Shown: piece after piece, positions 53,601 through 64,000 of the stretch
How positions within the stretch are numbered: position 1 is the first letter of the stretch
Layout of the letters: every line of letters begins with the position of its first letter
Assembly (NCBI GenBank): GCA_964016885.1
Contig: OZ024761.1
Span: 12,834,001-12,898,000, forward strand
Source of the DNA: Eledone cirrhosa
Lineage: Eukaryota
DNA length: 64,000 nt
Direction of reading: 5' to 3'
Position numbers and translations under genes: made by a program
The notes under the pieces: model-generated
Told to the model about the DNA's origin: nothing
Seen by the model: the letters and a program-made list of their open reading frames with translations, nothing else
Database searches by the model: none

Positions 53601-56600
53601 TTGCATTGGTTATAGTGCTGAGCTCTCGAGTGCAAGCCAAGCATTGCATTGGTTATAGGGCTGAGGTCTCGAGTGCAAGCCAAGCATTGCATTGGTTACA
53701 GTGCTGAGGTCTCGAGTGCAAGCCAAACATTACATTGGTTATAGGGCTGAGCTCTCGAGTGCAAGCCAAGCATTACATTGGTTATAGGGCTGAGCTCTCG
53801 AGTGCAAGCCAAGCATTACATTGGTTATAGTGCTGAGCTCTTCAGTGCAAGCCAAGCATTACATTGGTTACAGTGCTGAGCTCTTCAGTGCAAGCCAAGC
53901 ATTACATTGGTTATAGTGCTGAGCTCTCGAGTGCAAGCCAAGCATTACATTGGTTATAGTGCTGAGCTCTTCAGTGCAAGCCAAGCATTACATTGGTTAT
54001 AGTGCTGAGCTCTTCAGTGCAAGCCAAGCATTACATTGGTTATAGGGCTGAGCTATCGAGTACAAGCCAAGCATTACATTGGTTATAGTGCTGAGCTCTT
54101 CAGTGCAAGCCAAGCATTACATTGGTTATAGTGCTGAGCTCTCGAGTGCAAGCCAAGCATTACATTGGTTATAGTGCTGAGCTCTTCAGTGCAAGCCAAG
54201 CATTACATTGGTTATAGTGCTGAGCTCTTCAGTGCAAGCCAAGTATTACATTGGTTATAGGGCTGAGCTCTTCAGTGCAAGCCAAGCATTACATTGGTTA
54301 TAGGGCTGAGCTCTTGAGTGCAAGCCAAGCATTACATTGGTTATAGGGCTGAGCTCTTGAGTGCAAGCCAAGCATTACATTGGTTATAGTGCTGAGCTCT
54401 CGAGTGCAAGCTAAGCATTACATTGGTTATAGTGCTGAGCTCTTCAGTGCAAGCCAAGCATTACATTGGTTATAGGGCTGAGCTCTCGAGTGCAAGCCAA
54501 GCATTACATTGGTTATAGGGCTGAGCTCTTCAGTGCAAGCCAAGCATTACATTGGTTATAGTGCTGAGCTCTTCAGTGCAAGCCAAGCATTACATTGTTT
54601 ATAGTGCTGAGCTCTTCAGTGCAAGCCAAGCATTACATTGGTTATAGTGCTGAGCTCTTCAGTGCAAGCCAAGCATTACATTGGTTATAGGGCTGAGCTC
54701 TTCAGTGCAAGCCAAGCATTACATTGGTTATAGTGCTGAGCTCTCGAGTGCAAGCTAAGCATTACATTGGTTATAGTGCTGAGCTCTTCAGTGCAAGCCA
54801 AGCATTACATTGGTTATAGTGCTGAGCTCTTCAGTGCAAGCCAAGCATTACATTGGTTATAGTGCTGAGCTCTTCAGTGCAAGCCAAGCATTACATTGGT
54901 TATAGGGCTGAGCTCTTCAGTGCAAGCCAAGCATTACATTGGTTATAGTGCTGAGCTCTCGAGTGCAAGCCAAACATTACATTGGTTATAGGGCTGAGCT
55001 CTTCAGTGCAAGCCAAGCATTACATTGGTTATAGTGCTGAGCTCTTCAGTGCAAGCCAAGCATTACATTGGCTATAGTGCTGAGCTCTTCAGTGCAAGCT
55101 AAGCATTACATTGGTTATAGGGCTGAGCTCTTAAGTGCAAGCCAAGCATTACATTGGTTACAGGGCTGAGCTCTCGAGTGCAAGCCATGCATTACATTGG
55201 TTATAGTGCTGAGCTCTCGAGTGCAAGCCAAGCATTGCATTGGTTATAGGGCTGAGGTCTCGAGTGCAAGCCAAGCATTGCATTGGTTACAGTGCTGAGG
55301 TCTCGAGTGCAAGCCAAGCATTACATTGGTTATAGGGCTGAGCTCTTGAGTGCAAGCCAAGCATTACATTGGTTATAGGGCTGAGCTCTCGAGTGCAAGC
55401 CAAGCATTACATTGGTTATAGGGCTGAGCTCTCGAGTGCAAGCCAAGCATTACATTGGTTATAGTGCTGAGCTCTCGAGTGCAAGCCAAGCATTGCATTG
55501 GTTATAGTGCTGAGCTCTCGAGTGCAAGCCAAGCATTACATTGGTTATAGTGCTGAGCTCTCGAGTGCAAGCCAAGCATTGCATTGGTTATAGGGCTGAG
55601 GTCTCGAGTGCAAGCCAAGCATTGCATTGGTTACAGTGCTGAGGTCTCGAGTGAAAGCCAAACATTACATTGGTTATAGGGCTGAGCTCACGAGTGCAAG
55701 CCAAGCATTACATTGGTTATAGGGCTGAGCTCTTGAGTGCAAGCCAAGCATTGCATTGGTTATAGTGCTGAGCTCTCGAGTGCAAGCCAAGCATTGCATT
55801 GGTTATAGGGCTGAGGTCTCGAGTGCAAGCCAAGCATTGCATTGGTTACAGTGCTGAGGTCTCGAGTGCAAGCCAAACATTACATTGGTTATAGGGCTGA
55901 GCTCTCGAGTGCAAGCCAAGCATTACATTGGTTATAGGGCTGAGCTCTCGAGTGCAAGCCAAGCATTACATTGGTTATAGTGCTGAGCTCTTCAGTGCAA
56001 GCCAAGCATTACATTGGTTACAGTGCTGAGCTCTTCAGTGCAAGCCAAGCATTACATTGGTTATAGTGCTGAGCTCTCGAGTGCAAGCCAAGCATTACAT
56101 TGGTTATAGTGCTGAGCTCTTCAGTGCAAGCCAAGCATTACATTGGTTATAGGGCTGAGCTATCGAGTACAAGCCAAGCATTACATTGGTTATAGTGCTG
56201 AGCTCTTCAGTGCAAGCCAAGCATTACATTGGTTATAGTGCTGAGCTCTCGAGTGCAAGCCAAGCATTACATTGGTTATAGTGCTGAGCTCTTCAGTGCA
56301 AGCCAAGCATTGCATTGGTTATAGTGCTGAGCTCTCGAGTGCAAGCCAAGCATTGCATTGGTTATAGTGCTGAGCTCTCGAGTGCAAGCCAAGCATTACA
56401 TTGGTTATAGTGCTGAGCTCTTCAGTGCAAGCCAAGCATTACATTGGTTATAGTGCTGAGCTCTTCAGTGCAAGCCAAGCATTGCATTGGTTATAGTGCT
56501 GAGCTCTCGAGTGCAAGCCAAGCATTACATTGGTTATAGTGCTGAGCTCTCGAGTGCAAGCCAAGCATTACATTGGTTATAGTGCTGAGCTCTTCAGTGC

Positions 56601-59600
56601 AAGCCAAGCATTACCTTGGTTATAGTGCTGAGCTCTCGAGTGCAAGCCAAGCATTACATTGGTTATAGGGCTGAGCTCTCGAGTGCAAGCTAAGCATTAC
56701 ATTGGTTATAGTGCTGAGCTCTTCAGTGCAAGCCAAGCATTACATTGGTTATAGTGCTGAGCTCTTCAGTGCAAGCCAAGCATTACATTGGTTATAGTGC
56801 TGAGCTCTCGAGTGCAAGCCAAGCATTACATTGGTTATAGTGCTGAGCTCTCGAGTGCAAGCCAAGCATTACATTGGTTATAGGGCTGAGCTCTCGAGTG
56901 CAAGCCAAGCATTACATTGGTTATAGTGCTGAGCTCTTCAGTGCAAGCCAAGCATTACATTGGTTATAGTGCTGATCTCTCGAGTGCAAGCCAAGCATTA
57001 CATTGGTTATAGTGCTGAGCTCTCGAGTGCAAGCCAAACATTACATTGGTTATAGTGCTGAGCTCTCAAGTGCAAGCCAAGCATTACATTGGTTATAGTG
57101 CTGAGCTCTCGAGTGCAAGCCAAGCATTACATTGGTTATAGTGCTGAGCTCTCGAGTGCAAGCCAAGTATTACATTGGTTATAGTGCTGAGCTCTCGAGT
57201 GCAAGCCAAGCATTACATTGGTTATAGTGCTGAGCTCTCGAGTGCAAGCCAAGCATTACATTGGTTATAGTGCTGAGTTCTCGAGTGCAAGCCAAGCATT
57301 ACATTGGTTATAGTGCTGAGCTCTCGAGTGCAAGCCAAGCATTACATTGGTTATAGTGCTGAGCTCTCGAGTGCAAGCCAAGCATTACATTGGTTATAGT
57401 GCTGAGCTCTCGAGTGCAAGCCAAGCATTACATTGGTTATAGTGCTGAGCTCTCGAGTGCAAGCCAAGTATTACATTGGTTATAGTGCTGAGCTCTCGAG
57501 TGCAAGCCAAGCATTACATTGGTTATAGGGCTGAGCTCTCGAGTGCAAGCCAAGCATTACATTGGTTATAGTGCTGAGCTCTTCAGTGCAAGCCAAGCAT
57601 TACATTGGTTATAGTGCTGAGCTCTCGAGTGCAAGCCAAGCATTACATTGGTTATAGTGCTGAGCTCTCGAGTGCAAGCCAAGCATTACATTGGTTACAG
57701 TGCTGAGCTCTCGAGTGCAAGCCAAGCATTACATTGGTTACAGTGCTGAGCTCTCGAGTGCAAGCCAAGCATTACATTGGTTATAGTGCTGAGCTCTTCA
57801 GTGCAAGCCAAGCATTACATTGGTTATAGTGCTGAGCTCTCGAGTGCAAGCCAAGCATTACATTGGTTATAGTGCTGAGCTCTTCAGTGCAAGCCAAGCA
57901 TTACATTGGTTATAGGGCTGAGCTCTCGAGTACAAGCCAAGCATTACATTGGTTATAGTGCTGAGCTCTCGAGTGCAAGCCAAACATTACATTGGTTATA
58001 GGGCTGAGCTCTTGAGTGCAAGCCAAGCATTACATTGGTTATAGTGCTGAGCTCTCGAGTGGAAGCCAAGCATTATTGGTTATAGGGCTGAGCTCTTCAG
58101 TGCAAGCCAAGCATTGCATTGGTTATAGGGCTGAGCTCTTCAGTGCAAGCCAAGCATTGCATTGGTTATAGGGCTGAGCTCTTCAGTGCAAGCCAAGCAT
58201 TACATTGGTTATAGTGCTGAGCTCTCGAGTGCAAGCCAAGCATTACATTGGTTATAGGGCTGAGCTCTCGAGTGCAAGCCAAGCATTACATTGGTTATAG
58301 TGCTGAGCTCTCGAGTGCAAGCCAAGCATTACATTGGTTATAGGGCTGAGCTCTTCAGTGCAAGCCAAGCATTACATTGGTTATAGGGCTGAGCTCTTCA
58401 GTGCAAGCCAAGCATTACATTGGTTATAGGGCTGAGCTCTCGAGGGCAAGCCAAGCATTACATTGGTTATAGTGCTGAGCTCTCGAGTGCAAGCCAAGCA
58501 TTACATTGGTTATAGTGCTGAGCTCTTCAGTGCAAGCCAAGCATTACATTGGTTATAGTGCTGAGCTCTCGAGTGCAAGCCAAGCATTACATTGGTTATA
58601 GTGCTGAGCTCTTCAGTGCAAGCTAAGCATTACATTGGTTATAGTGCTGAGCTCTCGAGTGCAAGCCAAGCATTACATTGGTTATAGTGCTGAGCTCTTC
58701 AGTGCAAGCCAAGCATTACATTGGTTATAGTGCTGAGCTCTCGAGTGCAAGCCAAGCATTACATTGGTTATAGTGCTGAGCTCTTCAGTGCAAGCCAAGC
58801 ATTACATTGGTTATAGTGCTGAGCTCTCAAGTGCAAGCCAAGCATTACATTGGTTACAGTGCTGATCTCTCGAGTGCAAGCCAAGCATTGCATTGGTTAT
58901 AGTGCTGAGCTCTTCAGTGCAAGCCAAGCATTACATTGGTTATAGTGCTGAGCTCTCGAGTGCAAGCCAAGCATTACATTGGTTACAGTGCTGAGTTCTC
59001 GAGTGCAAGCCAAGCATTGCATTGGTTATAGTGCTGAGCTCTTCAGTGCAAGCCAAGCATTACATTGGTTATAGTGCTGAGCTCTCGAGTGCAAGCCAAG
59101 CATTACATTGGTTACAGTGCTGAGCTCTCGAGTGCAAGCCAAGCATTGCATTGGTTATAGTGCTGTGCTCTTCAGTGCAAGCCAAGCATTACATTGGTTA
59201 TAGTGCTGAGCTCTCGAGTGCAAGCCAAGCATTACATTGGTTATAGTGATGAGCTCTTCAGTGCAAGCCAAGCATTACATTGGTTATAGTGCTGAACTCT
59301 TGAGTGCAAGCCAAGCATTACATTGGTTATAGTGCTGAGCTCTCGAGTGCAAGCCAAGCATTACATTGGTTATAGTGCTGAACTCTTGAGTGCAAGCCAA
59401 GCATTACATTGGTTATAGTGCTGAGCTCTCGAGTGCAAGCCAAGCATTACATTGGTTATAGTGCTGAGCTCTCGAGTGCAAGCCAAGCATTACATTGGTT
59501 ATAGTGCTGAGCTCTCGAGTGCAAGCCAAGCATTACATTGGTTATAGTGCTGAGCTCTCGAGTGCAAGCCAAGCATTACATTGGTTATAGTGCTGAGCTC

Positions 59601-62271
59601 TTCAGTGCAAGCCAAGCATTACATTGGTTACAGTGCTGAGCTCTCGAGTGCAAGCCAAGCATTACATTGGTTACAGTGCTGAGCTCTCGAGTGCAAGCCA
59701 AGCATTACATTGGTTACAGTGCTGAGCTCTTCAGTGCAAGCCAAGCATTGCATTGGTTATAGTGCTGAGCTCTCGAGTGCAAGCCAAGCATTACATTGGT
59801 TATAGTGCTGAGCTCTCGAGTGCAAGCCAAGCATTACATTGGTTACAGTGCTGAGCTCTTCAGTGCAAGCCAAGCATTGCATTGGTTATAGTGCTGAGCT
59901 CTCGAGTGCAAGCCAAGCATTACATTGGTTATAGTGCTGAGCTCTTCAGTGCAAGCCAAGCATTACATTGGTTACAGTGCTGAGCTCTCGAGTGCAAGCC
60001 AAGCATTACATTGGTTACAGTGCTGAGCTCTCGAGTGCAAGCCAAGCATTACATTGGTTATAGTGCTGAGCTCTCGAGTGCAAGCCAAGCATTACATTGG
60101 TTACAGTGCTGAGCTCTTCAGTGCAAGCCAAGCATTGCATTGGTTACAGTGCTGAGCTCTGGAGGGCAAGCCAAGCATTACATTGGTTATAGTGCTGAGC
60201 TCTCGAGTGCAGGCCAAGCATTACATTGGTTACAGTGCTGAGCTCTTCAGTGCAAGCCAAGCATTGCATTGGTTACAGTGCTGAGCTCTGGAGTGCAAGC
60301 CAAGCATTACATTGGTTATAGTGCTGAGCTCTCGAGTGCAAGCCAAGCATTACATTGGTTACAGTGCTGTGCTCTTCAGTGCAAGCCAAGCATTGCATTG
60401 GTTACAGGGCTGAGCTCTTCAGTGCAAGCCAAACATTACATTGGTTACAGTGCTGAGCTCTTCAGTGCAAGCCAAACATTACATTGGTTACAGTGCTGAG
60501 CTCTTCAGTGCAAGCCAAACATTACATTGGTTACAGTGCTGAGCTCTCGAGTGCAAGCCAAGCATTACATTGGTTATAGTGCTGAGCTCTTCAGTGCAAG
60601 CCAAGCATTACATTGGTTATAGTGCTGAGCTCTCGAGTGCAAGCCAAGCATTACATTGGTTACAGGGCTGAGCTCTTCAGTGCAAGCCAAACATTACATT
60701 GGTTACAGTGCTGAGCTCTTCAGTGCAAGCCAAACATTACATTGGTTACAGTGCTGAGCTCTCGAGTGCAAGCCAAGCATTACATTGGTTACAGTGCTGA
60801 GCTCTTCAGTGCAAGCCAAACCATTACATTGGTTACAGGGCTGAGCTCTTCAGTGCAAGCCAAACATTACATTGGTTACAGTGCTGAGCTCTTCAGTGCA
60901 AGCCAAACATTACATTGGTTACAGTGCTGAGCTCTTCAGTGCAAGCCAAACATTACATTGGTTACAGTGCTGAGCTCTTCAGTGCAAGCCAAGCATTACA
61001 TTGGTTACAGTGCTGAGCTCTTCAGTGCAAGCCAAACATTACATTGGTTACAGTGCTGAGCTCTCGAGTGCAAGCCAAGCATTACATTGGTTACAGTGCT
61101 GAGCTCTTCAGTGCAAGCCAAGCATTACATTGGTTACAGTGCTGAGCTCTTCAGTGCAAGCCAAACATTACATTGGTTACAGTGCTGAGCTCTTCAGTGC
61201 AAGCCAAGCATTACATTGGTTACAGTGCTGAGCTCTTCAGTGCAAGCCAAACATTACATTGGTTATAGGGCTGAGCTCTCGAGTGCAAGCCAAGCATTAC
61301 ATTGGTTATAGTGCTGAGCTCTCGAGTGCAAGCCAAGCATTACATTGGTTATAGTGCTGAGCTCTCGAGTGCAAGCCAAGCATTACATTGGTTATAGTGC
61401 TGAGCTCTTCAGTGCAAGCCAAGCATTACATTGGTTATAGGGCTGAACTCTTGAGTGCAAGCCAAGCATTACATTGGTTACAGTGCTGAGCTCTCGAGTG
61501 CAAGCCAAGCATTACATTGGTTATAGGGCTGAGCTCTCGAGTCCAAGCCAAGCATTACATTGGTTACAGTGCTGAGCTCTCGAGTGCAAGCCAAACATTA
61601 CATTGGTTACAGTGCTGAGCTCTCGAGTGCAAGCCAAGCATTACATTGGTTACAGTGCTGAGCTCTTCAGTGCAAGCCAAACATTACATTGGTTACAGTG
61701 CTGAGCTCTCGAGTGCAAGCCAAGCATTACATTGGTTATAGTGCTGAGCTCTCGAGTGCAAGCCAAGCATTACATTGGTTATAGTGCTGAGCTCTCGAGT
61801 GCAAGCCAAACATTACATTGGTTACAGTGCTGAGCTCTCGAGTGCAAGCCAAGCATTACATTGCTTACAGTGCTGAGCTCTTCAGTGCAAGCCAAACATT
61901 ACATTGGTTTATAGGGCTGAGCTCTTCAGTGCAAGCCAAGCATTACATTGGTTACAGTGCTGAGCTCTTCAGTGCAAGCCAAACATTACATTGGTTACAG
62001 GGCTGAGCTCTTCAGTGCAAGCCAAACAATTACATTGGTTACAGTGCTGAGCTCTTCAGTGCAAGCCAAACATTACATTGGTTACAGTGCTGAGCTCTTC
62101 AGTGCAAACCAAACATTACATTGGTTACAGTGCTGAGCTCTTCAGTGCAAGCCAAACATTACATTGGTTACAGTGCTGAGCTCTTCAGTGCAAGCCAAAC
62201 ATTACATTGGTTACAGTGCTGAGCTCTTCAGTGCAAGTCAAGCATTACATTGGTTATAGGGCTGAGCTCTC
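47695..62271. repeat. Intronic 43-bp satellite array, about 339 copies, with higher-order duplications
   Basis: Unit AGTGCAAGCCAAGCATTACATTGGTTATAGKGCTGAGCTCTYS, period 43; 14,577 bp; rare variants recur at 2064-bp and 2150-bp spacing. Confidence 0.98.
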
Positions 62272-62582
62272 ACTTTCTCACCCAACCCAATTTGGTGGAA
62301 CCAGTTATAGTGATTTCTTTTGAACTCAGAACGTAAAGGGACGTACTAATAATAGTAATATTAATAATAATAATGATAATCTCTTTATTAGTCACATAGG
62401 GCTCACATTAAGGAGATATTAAACACAGTACAGGATGCTACAGTGTGGGGTGTTTTTTTTGTGTAAAATAAAATTTATGAAAGAGACTAAGGAAATAAAC
62501 ATAACAGTAACAATAACAATAAATACGATAACATTAATTACTATAACACTAATAATATTCCACCTACTGTTTGTTACTTCAG

Positions 62583-62643
62583 TGGCTTTGTTGGAGGTGT
62601 GCGAGATCTTGGCCAATATTTCAAGGATGATGATTTGGCCTCT
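62583..62643 (+). CDS. ACAP2: ACAP/centaurin-beta BAR-domain coding exon
   Basis: ttacttcag| 61 nt |gtaagt; (N)GFVGGVRDLGQYFKDDDLAS vs recalled human QFMNGIRDLAQYSSNDAVVE; completes the AA|T codon of the previous exon. Confidence 0.9.
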
Positions 62644-62849
62644 GTAAGTATCATATTTATGTCATTTAAAAAAAAAAAAAATTATTGTTTATTAAAGAAA
62701 ATATTGGGAGAAGTCATTAAAATGGGAATAGAAAATTTAACGATGGAAATAGAGGAAAACACAGAACGACAGAAGAAAACAATATTTTGAGTCACATGTT
62801 ACATGATATTTCAAAGTTTTAACCCTCTTTTCAAGTGGCCGAAAGAATA

Positions 62850-63265
62850 AGATTGTGAATACATGTAGCTGAAATGGGGTTCCTCCAAAGGGTCTTTGGA
62901 GTAACGTTACTCAATAGAGTGTGAAGCTCGGAGATCAGAGAATCACTCCAGGTAGAGCTTCTACTTCTCCAATTTGAGAGATCACAACTCTGATACTATA
63001 GGCATGTGGTTAGAATGTCTCAGGAAAGAATCTTTGAATTGAGAGTTCACATCTCTGATACTATGGGCATGTGGTTAGAATGTCTCAAGAAAGAATTGCT
63101 GGACAGATTTGTAGCTTGGAGATCAGAGAATTGCTGCAGGTAGAGCTGCTATTTCTCTGAATTGAGAGATCACAGCTCTGATACTATGGACATGTGGTTA
63201 GAATGTCTCAGGAAAAAATCACTGGACAGATTTTATGGGCAAAATGAACCGACAGGAGACCCAAG
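62850..63265 (+). mobile_element. RTE-type LINE fragment with the same internal tandem duplication
   Basis: Homologous to 38900-39480; junction GGACAGATTTGTAGCTTGGAGATCAGAG. Confidence 0.75.
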
Positions 63266-63317
63266 GAAATATATTGATTTGTATTGTCATTTTTATTTTA
63301 CTCTTATCCATAGTTAT

Positions 63318-63740
63318 AATATTTCATTTACATAACAAACAGTACTACAGATAAACTATATTACTTTAATATTTCATTACTGTCTTTATTATATAACAAA
63401 CAATATTACATATAAACTATATTATTTTAATATTTCATTAGTCTTTATTACATAACGAACAATACTACATATAAACTATATAAGTTTAATATTTCATTAG
63501 TCTTTATTACATAACAAACAGTACTACATATAAACTATATAAGTTTAATATTTCATTACTGTCTTTATTACATAACGAACAATACTACATATAAACTATA
63601 TAAGTTTAATATTTCATTACTGTCTTTATTACATAACGAACAATACTACATATAAACTATATTACTTTAATATTTCATTACTGTTTTATTACATAACAAA
63701 CAATACTACATATAAACTATATTACTTTAATATTTCATTT
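63318..63740. repeat. ~60-bp AT-rich minisatellite, about 7 copies
   Basis: Unit AATATTTCATTACTGTCTTTATTACATAACRAACAATACTACATATAAACTAT... Confidence 0.9.
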
Positions 63741-64000
63741 ATCGTTATCTTCTGATATTTATCTCAGATTTATTTTTCTGATTTTCATTTTTTTCCTCCA
63801 TTTTTGTTGTTGTTGGTTCACATTTGATGATGCCCCCTCCCCCAGTCTTCTCTGCCCTCCCCCTCTTTTGTCCCTTCCTCTGCCAGGCACCTAGAAATGG
63901 TCATGTGGTGGTGGTGGTGGTGATCAGGGTGATGATGATGATGGTGGTGGTGATGCTAATAACAACAATAATAATAATAATAATAAGGACACTGTGTGGT

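Noticed and set aside
47695-62271. CRISPR-like array of 43-bp repeats
   Set aside because: Units are contiguous with no unique spacers, there are no cas genes, and the context is a eukaryotic intron.
62435-62790. ORF-track proteins of 70 aa and 63 aa
   Set aside because: The first is out of frame over a LINE tail; the second only overlaps the real 61-nt ACAP exon and runs into the intron.

Overview
Eukaryotic, AT-rich, repeat-saturated DNA. The SINE, LINE and microsatellite make-up is typical of a cephalopod (octopus-like) genome, which is an inference. Almost all listed long ORFs are artefacts of micro- or minisatellites. The only host gene I can support is an ACAP/centaurin-beta Arf-GAP on the + strand: three tiny BAR-domain exons (46150-46207, 47436-47494, 62583-62643), with exon 1 not found. 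A 14.6-kb array of about 339 copies of a 43-bp unit, with 48- and 50-monomer higher-order duplications, fills the intron between the last two exons. The rest consists of tRNA-derived SINEs, CR1, RTE and Tx1/L1 LINE 3' remnants, mariner, hAT and piggyBac-like MITEs, and many TE-derived minisatellites. It also holds a set of short Penelope-like termini sitting in (TA)n tracts, many folded back as long hairpins and carrying hammerhead-ribozyme motifs, including a long-stem-II variant that shows covariation between two copies. No CRISPR array, rRNA or intact tRNA was found.
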